Below are positions 53,204-64,000 of a DNA stretch of 64,000 bases, one piece after another. The notes below the pieces were generated by a model. It ran no database searches. It saw nothing but the letters and a program-made list of their open reading frames with translations, and was not told where the DNA came from. Every line of letters starts with the position of its first letter. Position 1 is the first letter of the stretch. The DNA is from Lobosporangium transversale (Eukaryota). The translations under genes were made by a program, and so were the position numbers. The stretch is from assembly GCF_002105155.1 (NCBI RefSeq), contig NW_019028988.1, forward strand, positions 372,001 to 436,000, given 5' to 3'.

Positions 53204-53778
53204 TCTTGACTAAACTCTTTATTTCTATGCTTGGTCTAGATGGTGTTTTTTTATGGGGAGAACTATTTAGACAACATATAGACCCCACATATCTTAATCC
53301 TAATAAATTGACTTGGTGGCATTGTTGTAAAAAATATCTTTGCTTAAGGGACAGAAAGATAGACACAATCAGGAAAAGGTAGGACAAAGAGTGTCAACAA
53401 GATTGACAAGAGAAAATAGAGTCAAATAACCTTGACTACAAACAGCGCCATAGAATGTCAAAAGAAAAGATGGGAGCTTTATAGGTGAGCTCACAAACTG
53501 AGTTACCGGAAGACAAATGCTTGTTGTGAAAAGGGGAAAAAGATAAATGGCAAGATGAACTGCGGATGAAGAATAAGACATGTGGGGAAAACTGAAGACT
53601 TTATTAAGAAGGAAGTTTCTTTGGCTTTTATACTCGGTAGTTTCTAGGTGAGGCGGACCCGCCTATGACTACAAAGGCTTTGCGCAAAGATTCCTTTAAG
53701 CTGGTTCGACAGATTAGTGGATACAAGATAAACTGAAATTAATTTTAATGACCAGTTGACCAGTCACACCACTTGCAA

Positions 53779-54024
53779 TAACAAGCGAGTCAATTGGCTG
53801 CCAATACATTTAAGAGTATTCAAAAAATATAAGGGATCGCGACCAAATGGAACGGGCTATACCTTATATTTTTAATCTAAAAACGATGATTGAATTGTTC
53901 TGGTGGCATCTCACTACGTGACGGACTTGCAACAATACTCGTAACAAGCGAGCTAATTGGCTGCCAATACACTCGAAAGTATTCAAAAAATATAAGGTAT
54001 CGCGACCAAATGAAACGGGCTATA
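53779..54024 (+). repeat. Imperfect direct repeat of ~83 bp (53779-53861 and 53942-54024)
   Basis: TAACAAGCGAG..AATTGGCTGCCAATACA..AGTATTCAAAAAATATAAGG.ATCGCGACCAAATG.AACGGGCTATA occurs twice. Confidence 0.9.
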
Positions 54025-54555
54025 TCGTGACCAAATAAAATTGGCGATACCAAACTTTTCGTGCCATTGATTTTATTGAACATTGCTGACCAAAAGTATT
54101 CCAAAATTAGACGAGGAGGTGAATTGTTCGGTTTCTGCATCATCAAAGTGTTGAAGAGAGAAGGACAGGGGAAAGAAAGTCCTTATTTTTCGACTTTGCA
54201 AATATCGTCGTTACACGAACTAAAATATGGAATTCTTCACATTCTTTCGTGGGCTTCGATCGTCATTTATTGGTGCGACCGTACCGCAGCTGCCAATAAA
54301 AGTGCAACTCAAAGCTGCAACAGCCCACTTTGATGAGAGAATATAGCCCACTCTTTAGTGTAAAAGTTTATGTCACTTAAACTTCCGCGGAAGCTTTTTC
54401 CGGTGCAAAAAAACGCCGTCTTATGCAGATCCTTCATGTTTAGATTTCTACTTTGAACATGTTATAAAAGGGTTACTGTTCCCTCAACAGAAACCAAAAA
54501 AAAAAAAACCCCCCTCAGTCACTCATTTAGACTATCAGAAATCATACAGTGTACC

Positions 54556-55222
54556 ATGTCTCGTCCAAAAGAATATTGCTGCTGCTGCGTTCCTCTAGGC
54601 TTTGGAGTCATCATTATCTGCCTCCTTGCATTAGTTCATGGCATTTTCAACCTTGTGACCACCCAACAGGGAGAACCCATTTGTAAAATATTTGAAAAAA
54701 AAAATTTTTTTTTTGTTCTTGTTATCTGATCAATAGCTCCTAACTAACCTTTTTTATATCTATATATATTTAGCACTCACGTCTAATGTCCTTGCATTGA
54801 TATCTGGTGGTCTCTTCTTGCTGCTTGGACTGGGTGGTGGTTATTGCGCTCTCTCCAAGTCCTACAAGCGAGTCAAGGCTTTTTCAATACTCTGGTGGAT
54901 AGCGACTGCTGTCATTACAGCATTTAATATCGTGGACTTTTCTCTGGTATCCCGACATAAAGAAGATATCAAATTGGCTTGCCAAAAGGAATTAGGGGAT
55001 ATAACTTATTCTACTTCTTTGCCGGAAGATTGCTATGGAGCTGTAACGACGATGCTAGTCCTCTTTCTGGTCCTCGACATGATGCTCATGTTGTTTTTCG
55101 GACACGCTATCCACCTCTATGCTAATCAGCTCAAAGGCCCTGATGATAATGTTAATCAAGACCACCCCCTATCTGAGATTGAACCACAACATAAAGTAGA
55201 GTTGCCTGAATACAGGCCTTAA
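54556..55222 (+). CDS. Small multi-pass (about 4 TM) membrane protein with N-terminal Cys cluster; one intron
   Basis: MSRPKEYCCCCVPLGFGVIIICLLALVHG..., four hydrophobic segments, two Cys in the loop before the last helix; intron ~54683-54773. Confidence 0.75.
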
Positions 55223-55713
55223 GAAGAAATATACCAAGATAAATGAATATAATATGACTAGAATGTAAAACAAATTATATAATAAAAGATATAAGCACTA
55301 GAACGGCATTTATTAAGTTCATGTATTATTCATGACACTGAGTACGATGGGATCTCATTCTACACAAGACGATATTTGTACTGTATGTAGTATGATACTA
55401 TTCCATGCTTATTTAGACTATGAATTTAAGCCAATTGACCAAAAGCGGATTGGTCAATATCGCTTATTTGTTGCTACAAAAACGACTACTGCAGCTCGGA
55501 GGTGAAAAGGGTCAACGGTCAATTGTACAGGAGGTCAAAGATAATGCCAGTGCTTTTTTACATTTACCAAAATTCCACAAGACCAACACCTGACGCTTTT
55601 TTTTTTTTTTTTTTTTTTTTTTTGCAATTTATGCATGCAGACATTTTCATTCGCATTCTTCATTGGCCCATATACATTAAGCCTAATTCAAAACATTCAA
55701 ACTACTAATCCGA

Positions 55714-58193
55714 ATGGATTCCCTTCCACTCAGGAACATCACATCTTCTGCAATCCATGCTGCCCCCAATGCAGGTTCCTCCTCTCCTGGTTCTTGTTCT
55801 TCTTCGTCCATACCACACACGTCATATCCACCGCTTCAGCAGCAACTCGCAGAAATTCCTTCTGAAACAAAAGAAACACAAGCACGATTTCAGGTACAGA
55901 CAAATGCACAGCGTACACAGCCACAACCACAATCACAGCTTTCCACTCTGTCATATCAGGATCTTGCTCAGCCATCATCACGCTCGTTCTCCACACATTC
56001 TACCCCATTAAGGCCAGTACGCCCGAGGATGCTTTTTTCACGTCCATCGTCTGCTCGATTGTCTCGTTTTGGGGGGTTGCCTCAGGCCCGTTCGAGAAGT
56101 AACAGTCATGACTATAACAGCCCGGCTGAGGGTTCAGTCTATGATTCTAATTTGACTTGGGCACAGCGACTCAATATGATGGCTCAACACAAGGCAGCCG
56201 AGTCCCAGGGTTTTATCTGGGACTCTCTCGATAATAAGTAAAGCTATACACCTTTATTCAGTTCATTTTTCTGTTTAAATTTCACCTTAAACATGTTTAC
56301 TGATCAATCTATTTTGATTGCTGAGTATTGAAATAGCATGGAAGGGGTGCAGGAGGCAAGGCAGATGCGCAAGCATGGACTCTTACGGCATTTCACAAAC
56401 CGAAAAGACACATCATACAATGCCCTTCGGTCAGCCATTCGGCTTCAGAAGGCTGAGAAGAGGTAATGAAAATTAACCGATATGAATTGTCCTACCCTTA
56501 TGTCCTTATTCCTTTTCTTCGTTTCCACACAGTCAAAGGCCCGCTATATTTCTCCATCTACAGCTTATATGCGTCATTACCTGTCAAATGGCCTCTGTAA
56601 TATTAGTATCATTTTCATTTTAAAGGAAAAAAAAAAATCTAATCTCATTTCTACAAATGCTTTAGGAACAGTGACATTCGAAATCTTGTCAGCTCCATTC
56701 GTTTGGGTTTAGACTATGATCTATATAAAGCCAAGATGATGGCGCTTTTGAACTCAAAGGCTCGAACTATCTTCTTTGTAAGCATAAGAGGCGAATTGAA
56801 AACTCATAAAAGGGGGGAAGATTGATGTGATTATGAGCAATTTATTTTATTATGTGTCTGATGAAGCATGCGAGTATATATATGCTTGTGTAGATCATGA
56901 TGGATCTGGTAGTTGACGTCCTGTTCTGTGTACTATATCTGGTTGAAGTGCAGTACCTTGTCAACAAGGATATATCCGACACTGAATATGCAACAGAGCC
57001 GAGTTGGTTATTTGTGCCTCGACCTAAGGCTATCTGGCTCGTGGCTGTGGCCATGAGTAGCTGGAACGTGATGTCTGCCATGATCCGATTTATCTTTGCT
57101 GATAGCAAGTAAGCCATAGATTCATTCCAGATTCCAGTTTTTCCAGGAAACCCAGACGATTGCAATATTAATATAATATGGACTAATTTTTTTTTTTTTT
57201 TTTTTTTTTCTTACTCGAGGCGTGGGTTCATATTTTCATCACAAACCTTGTTGGATGTAGTCACCGCGACCCCTTTCTTACTCTCCGGGGCATTTTTACC
57301 CAAGGGCCAGTGGTTATATGTACCGTATTTCTTACGGAGCTGGAGTGTTATTTCGCGTCTACAACGGGCATTAAGCATTGGTGTTGATATCGGTATCTCG
57401 GGTAAGTATTCGTTTTTTTTCTTCAATTTTTTATTCTTTGAAATGCTACTTAAATTTTATTTACTTTTTATTAGATCAACCATTCGATCCTGTTAAAGCA
57501 AAGCTCATTGCGCTTGTCGCTTATTTTATTGCTATTATGTACAACGCAATGGCAGCCTTCCTCTACACGGAAACGATGTTTGCTCCCAAGACCGAGTCTC
57601 CACATACGATCGGTGATGCGTTTTATTTTATTCTTATCACAGCATCGACAGTCGGGTATGGTGATATCACTCCAAAATCGTTTGAAAGCAAGGTTGTGGT
57701 CATGTTTTTCATCATCATCACACTCTCGATTGTCCCAGGCCTAATTGCAGGGGTGATCGATACCCTCAAATCTTCAAGGGCTGGGGGAGGGTCATACATC
57801 CAGAGCCGAGGCATCGACGGAGTTGCTAAACAATACCTGGTAATGATCGGTAATTTCCAGGATGTTAAACGTATCTCTGACATGCTGAGCGGGTTCTTTA
57901 ATAAGGTAAAATAATATAAAATATAAAAAAATGCTTTAGCAAGATCTGCCTATAACTTCCCTTTTTTTTTTTTTTTTTTTTTTTTTTTGGAAATACTGCA
58001 GGAGTTCTCAGATAGTGATGTACGTGTCGTGTTCTTGTCTCGGAATAAGCCTCCGAGAGATGTCAAGACATTGCTGGGCATGCCAATGTATAAGAACAAG
58101 ACTACGATGCTAGTTGGTAATGGTTTAAACGAGGACGATCTTAAAAGATGTCAAGTTCGAGATGCTGGCGGCGTATTTATCATTCCAGGTCAG

Positions 58194-58228
<35 letters not shown>

Positions 58229-61200
58229 GCGAAGGAATAGGCCGTAATTTTTCCTAAATCGGGACCTCTAATAATTTTTTTATTTTAGATCGAATGAGTT
58301 TAGACATGGAGTCGCAAGATACAATGACGACACTTCTTGCGTGGTCTCTTCATCTTTATGCACCCGATACTCGCGTATTCACATATAATCTTCTTCCGGA
58401 AACTGAGTCTTTCCAGTGGGGTATCGTAGAGCAATCCATGTGTATTAACGATGTGAAACAGCTCCTATTAGCCTATAATTGCCGACACCGAGGTGCTGCC
58501 ACCTTGATCCTCAATTTACTCCATCCTTCCGAGCCCCTCGATAGTTATACAGAAGGTTGGCAGGCCCAATATGGCGATGGAACCGGTAATGAGCTCTATG
58601 TGAGTTCTGTGCCCGAGGTCTTTGTCGGATGGACATTTGCCCAGGCTTCATGGTTTATTTTTCAAGAGTTCCAAACGATTCTTATTGGAGTGGATATCTT
58701 TATGGAAACAGCAATAGAAGGAGATTATGATGGCTCTCATTTTCATGGCGCGCACAACATGCCCAATGCTAGATCAAGAGGATCGAGTCGTCGTAATAGT
58801 GGTGGCAGCGGGTTTGGCTTGAATGATATCGGAATCAGTCTGGGATTAACAGGACAGCGCCACCCACAAGACAATGGCTTGACTGGAGACTGTCCAAGTG
58901 GGCAGTACCATTTGAGTCTCAACCCTGGTAACAGTTACAGACTTGGTAAATTTGATCAACTCATTTTTATAGCTCAATCTCCTGAGGAATTGGAAGCCAT
59001 CAATGGCTTTACAAAAGAGCAGTATGAGAAGATGTTGAATGATGAGAAAGATCCCCTAGGAAATTCGCGAGTGGACTTCGCGAAAGCGATGAATATGTAC
59101 CATGATCTGAAGTTATCGAGATCGGATGCTCGTGCAGCTGCTATGAAAAGAGCTGAGCATCGAAATACCAAGAAGATTAGACTTGAGGAGTCCACGCGAC
59201 AGCAGCAACTTCAACATCAGCAGCAAAGAACGCGTCTTACTTCAACTTCCGGTAGGTCGGGTGATAGCTCCAACACCACTGCCTCCCCCGCGATATACCA
59301 ACCTATGATCAGTGAGAAGCCTGTACCTCGTAAGATCGTTAAATCACCTACTAGTGATCAGCTTAATATGAAAAAAACCAAGTTAGCGCGTCCTGCCTGG
59401 AACATAGCCTTGTATGATGATGATGACGATGATGATGACGACAATGATGACGATGATGATGACGACGATGATGACGATGATGGCGGCAATGGTAGCGTGC
59501 TGAGCGACAGTAGCAATCTGCAAAAATCAAAGAGCGCCCACGTTGATCAAGGTATACGTGCTCATGAGGCACGTCAGAACAGGCATAATATGCAGAATTA
59601 TCGAGGCGTTGTGACTACCGAGGAAAATAATTGCCTATTAAGGGACCCAGAGGATAGCTCTGGTGATATAGATCAATCCGTAGATACTCGCAGTCGACGA
59701 GACCTGTCTCGGCTCTCTTCGGAAGGAAAGTCCTCGGTAAAGGATCTCGAAAATCAAGCCAGATTACGAAAAAACCTAAATAACACGACTGTCAACAATA
59801 ATACATCTAATAGCGCCGATTTTTATTCGACCATTTTCGACCTCAATGCTGCCGCTGCTGCAGCCGAAGGCACCGATAGGACGATAATGGCTCGAGGTTT
59901 GGATGCTGAAGGAAACACGACTACCATTAAGGGTCCTAGAGCATCAAGCGCTGCAGAAATTTTATCCATGCCGACAGTTGATGACACAGTGCAAGGACTT
60001 GGTTTGCCTATAACTGTCACTGCACCAGAGATACACCCCCATAGTTTATCTCAAACTCTGAAGAAGCCTCTCTCTCGACGGATGTCAGGCAAAGATAGGC
60101 AACCCCCTCATCAAACAGAAACACGTAATGGACACTACTCCATCAAAGGCTCATTCCAGCCTCTGGATGACACGACCTACATTGGCCAGACATCTGTGAC
60201 TAGATCAGAGACAAAGGACTTGCCGCTCTGTCATCTGTTGCTTGATCCTCCAGCGTCTGTCAGGTCACTTATCCGAGAAGATCTCTCCGCATTAAAGGAT
60301 CACATTGTCGTCTGCGCTAATGCGGGAGAGGACCTCTACCGCTTCATATCTACGCTTCGACTAGCTCAGATCCCCAAACAGGATTTCAAGACGATCGTGG
60401 TCTTGACTACCAATCCACAAGAGAAGCCCCATTTCAATAACGTCCCCCTAGCGCGAGAAGCGTCTGATGAGCGAGGGGACGAAAAACTCGATGAGAACGC
60501 GATATCAGCCTTGATTGATGGCTTGGCTGTTGCTGATGGCACTGAGCGTGATCTTCCTTCTAGTTCGATAAAAGTGGGAGTGGGACCCTCCAAGAAACAA
60601 ATGAAATCTGAAAAATGCGGAGGCGGAACCTGGAACGCCATTTTGTCCTTTCCTCGTGTCTTTTGGGTTATTGTAAGTGCATAGTGCATTTTTTTTTTTT
60701 TTTTTTTGTGAAGAAAAACACTATTGCTGATTATATCGGAACTTTAGGGAAATTGTCGGCATCAACGCGACTTGGTCCGGGCAGGTATCCTTGGTGCTTC
60801 CAGTATTGTAGTTTTGTCACATATTGCCCACGGCCTTGATCGAGGCGAATTTGTGGATAGCACTGCAATTATGGCCCACCATATGATCCATAAAACACTA
60901 CAGCAACGCAATCTTTTAGGCAAGCAGCACATTGTTGTTGATATCCGTAAGTGGCTCTCTGTCGCTCACTGTTATGTTTACAGCTGTAGCTTTTCGTAAT
61001 CAATTAATTTCTTTTTTTTTTTTTTTTTTTTTTTTCCTTCTTCCCCGCTTCATATTTCCCATGTATACGTAGTGGAAAGAAGTAGTATCCGATTCTTAAA
61101 TATGCACGATCTAGCTTTGGTTCGATCTTACCAGACACGGGACCATATATCCAAAGCTCAACGTAGCGGACCCAGCGGGTTCTGGATGACACCCATCTTT

Positions 61201-61391
61201 GCTAGTGGTCATGTACTGGCGAGTAGTTTACTCGACAATGTTCTGTTTCAAGCCTATTCTAAGACCCATATCCTGGACCTCGTGAAGCTCTGTTGTGGTG
61301 TCCGGCTCAAGCAGGCCATTGAGCTGGACCAGATCTTGGGTATTGACTGCTCCAGTATCTGCTTGATTGAGACTCCCATACAATTTGTGGT

Positions 61392-61426
<35 letters not shown>

Positions 61427-61678
61427 ACCAACAATAATAATAATGAAAAAGTTTTCATAACCACCACTAATTACACATCCATCTATCTTCCGGCCTCATA
61501 GGGCAAGTCTTTCTTGGCTTTGTTCCAGACATTGGCCCTTCAATATGGCATTGTATCATTGGGTCTATATCGAGCACCAGACCGTGAGCTTAACAATGCG
61601 CTGCCTTTTATATTTACAAATCCATTGCCTGGCATCCTACTCAAAGATACAGATATGATATATGTCCTCAAATCTTAG
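55714..61678 (+). CDS. Slo/BK-type potassium channel with two RCK domains (multi-exon; 5' exon structure uncertain)
   Basis: Pore GDAFYFILITASTVGYGDITP; TM segments LDVVTATPFLL, YVPYFLRSW; RCK motifs GNGLNEDDLKRCQV, LLAYNC..GAATLILNLL, YGDGTGNELY, DHIVVC, TPIFASGHVLASSLLDNVLFQAY, GLYR, FIFTNP. Confidence 0.9.
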
Positions 61679-61860
61679 ACTTGTACAAGCCAGCATTAAG
61701 CATGTAGATAATTTAACCCAAATGAGAATTGGTCATAAAGTTACACAAAAAACGGAGTAAACCACGCTTCTTAGAAGACGAACTTGTTTCTTTCAAAGCT
61801 TTAATAGGCTATAAACTATAAATCTCGGTTATTGCTAAAACTCACAAGAAGAAATCTTGC

Positions 61861-63475
61861 TTACTGCCGGTGCCCCATCCTCTGCTTCTTCCGATCTCGT
61901 CTCTCATCTGCAATTCGATCCCACTCTAGACGGTCCGGTGTTAGCGGGAAATCTGTATCCCAAAAGCCTGGTGGAGTCATGGGTGATTCATGATGGACAC
62001 GGTGCCTTGAGATTTGTTGGATCCGATCTTGCAGCCGCTCTTCTGCTGTCTTCTCCCATACCTCTTTCTCACCAGGGCGAGGTGCAGGTGTAAAAAATGT
62101 ATTGTATCCATCCGGAAGTGGTAATGGCCCAGTCAATTCGTAAAATCGACGACAACATGCGCAATCGTGTCCATGCATTTGTTTCCTCTTATCTTTTCGC
62201 CGCTCAGTGTAGTTATATATCCTTTGTGCAGAGCTGCCACTACCGCTGGAAGCTGCTTGCTTGTGATGCGCGTCCCTGTCTATGTGTGAAGCGTCATCTT
62301 CTGGCTCCCCCTCCCGTGGCAGGTCCAGCGGCTGCTCATTTTCCTTATCCGCATCGTCACCCACAGCCTTGGCCTTTTCGGAAGCCACACCATGCATCTC
62401 GTCATCAAGGTCAATGGCAATAGTCTCTACTGCCGCTTTGTCCATAGTGGACTGCTCTGGTGTCCGTTGAGCCCTTATCATTGCAGCTAAAGATAGCTGA
62501 TGTGTAGCTGATTTATCCTTTTTTGGCGTGATGCCATGCTGTTCTAGTGGCGTTGCTGGAACAAAAACCGTTCGTTTCTCTCTTGAACTGCTATTATGTG
62601 GATGGTGAGACATAGGAGTTTTTGCACGAGCACTGCTCTTCACTTTCGGAATGCGAAGGCTCCTTGTATTTGCTAAAACTTCATCCTCAGTATCCGCAGA
62701 GATTTCAACTCTATGGCCCTTTTTGGAGAGTTGAGGCGGTGGCTGTTCCTTAATCGTCTGCTCAGTCTTTATCGAAACATTCTGTTGTGGAATTGCTGTA
62801 GGTCTAGTAGATATTTTCAAAAAATCGGTATCAAACATTGGAGGCGATGAACGATCGGATTCAATATTGGGTAGCGACATGCTTGTTTTGTCTGTTGAGG
62901 CACGTCGTCTTTCATAAGAGTGATTCCCAATTGCCGTAGCTGATGCTTCTTGCTCTCTTATCGGTGATACCCGAGCGGCTGGTGTGACGCTGTTGTATTC
63001 TTTCTGTTCCCCACGAACAACATGGTTTTCGTGATTATAATCTTCACTATCGTCACTATCCTCAAGGTCGGAGTGGCATTGACGTTGACGAAGCGCAAGG
63101 TCGGAGGGGAAAGTCAGCGATAGGGGTTGCTCTTTATACGCAATCGACGTGTCATTATCGTCAGAATGTGTGGCATGCAACGGTGACTTTGATCCTCTTT
63201 GTCCAAGACTAGTACTTTCATGTGTGCTCGAGGTGTCTTCATCATCAAAAATCACATGAGGCTCCTCCATGGAGCCAGGACGATTTGCATGCGTAGATTC
63301 CCTTGAGGATTCGAGCCTTACAGAATATCTTGTGTTGAACTGGTTGAAAATTGTATTTCTTTGCGTTACTTCTTGTCTTTGTTGCGAGGTATCGCTGCCT
63401 TCAGTCACAAAATCGCTTCGCTCAGTATCCTTTGTTTTAGGGTGGGATGGCATCGGCCTTGATAATATTTGCCGA

Positions 63476-63553
<78 letters not shown>

Positions 63554-63976
63554 CTACTGCTCGGAGGTCTGGGGGTATCAAGCGTCATGTATCGAATTGC
63601 CTGTGGGGACATATGCTCCTTCATCCTACGCTGGTACTGTTCCCATAAAACCCTTTCTTTCCATTGTGTCCATTTAGCCTTATAGGCCTCAAGAATCACA
63701 GTTGAACGCTCACAACGCAGCTCCAATAATGTGACTCGATTTTCAGCATAGTCACAGCGAGCCTTCCATGCCTTAAGCTCTTCCTGACATCCACATACGC
63801 AATATGACTTTTTGGAGGAGTTTGAAGACTTGAGTGCGGATTTTAGAGGATTGCTAGACTTCATAGATCCTCCTGCTCCGGCTCCTTCACGACTAGAAGG
63901 GTCCGTGCTTTTGAATGAGTAATTGCCTTTGCTTAATGGAGGTAGACGTGGCTCATGTGAGTTCTTGGAAGGTGCC
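61861..63976 (-). CDS. SAE2: CtIP/Ctp1/Sae2 DNA-end-resection factor, 3' part; the gene probably continues beyond the window
   Basis: C-terminal RRKDKRKQMHGHDCACCRRFY...ISRHR...TPPGFWDTDFP (CxxC and RHR motifs); frame open to a CAG acceptor near 63977. Confidence 0.88.
63476..63553 (-). repeat. (CAGCAA)n microsatellite encoding a ~25-residue poly-Gln tract
   Basis: Tandem tgttgc units on the + strand. Confidence 0.95.
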
Positions 63977-64000
63977 CTGGGTCATTTTTATCAATATGGA

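Larger units (their letters stand above)
49866..53265 (-). mobile_element. Fanzor-carrying DNA element bounded by long imperfect inverted repeats; no transposase seen
   Basis: Core repeat 49967-50039 is the reverse complement of 53131-53203 (65/73 identical); weaker similarity extends outward to TAGTCCGTCCCATTAAAAAAC (49866, preceded by TA) vs TAGTTCTCCCCATAAAAAAAC (reverse complement ending 53265). Confidence 0.8.

Noticed and set aside
53779..54024. CRISPR-like array
   Set aside because: Only two long imperfect copies in a eukaryotic context; no repeat-spacer periodicity.
63269..63685. Poly-Cys and poly-(AV) ORFs
   Set aside because: Antisense shadows of the poly-Gln repeat in the CtIP/Sae2 gene.

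Overview
Eukaryotic, intron-rich fungal DNA with short GT-AG introns and long poly(T)/poly(A) runs. The gene set (Slo/BK-type K+ channel, sigma-like GST, CobD-like PLP enzyme) suggests an early-diverging fungus, possibly Mortierellaceae-like (inference). About 20 host genes are present: AMP deaminase (3' part), a C2H2 Zn-finger protein, FAM32A/DUF1754, two Thr-rich single-pass sensors, an SDR, a GST, a UFD4/TRIP12 HECT ligase, an Hsv2/WIPI3-type PROPPIN, a class I/II PLP enzyme, RNA Pol III C17, a bZIP factor, DHFR with inserts, a BK-type channel and a CtIP/Sae2 homolog (5' part outside the window). Two mobile elements are visible. One is a decayed IS630/Tc1 DDE transposon with imperfect TIRs (~24.0-25.2 kb). 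The more interesting one is a ~3.4-kb inverted-repeat-bounded element (~49.87-53.27 kb) carrying an intron-containing, frameshifted Fanzor (eukaryotic TnpB-derived RuvC nuclease) gene. A 73-nt structured sequence sits 8 nt past its stop codon and is repeated in inverted orientation at the other end, with differences that largely preserve base pairing; it is a candidate omega-RNA scaffold present at both ends. All exon boundaries were read by eye and no database searches were run.
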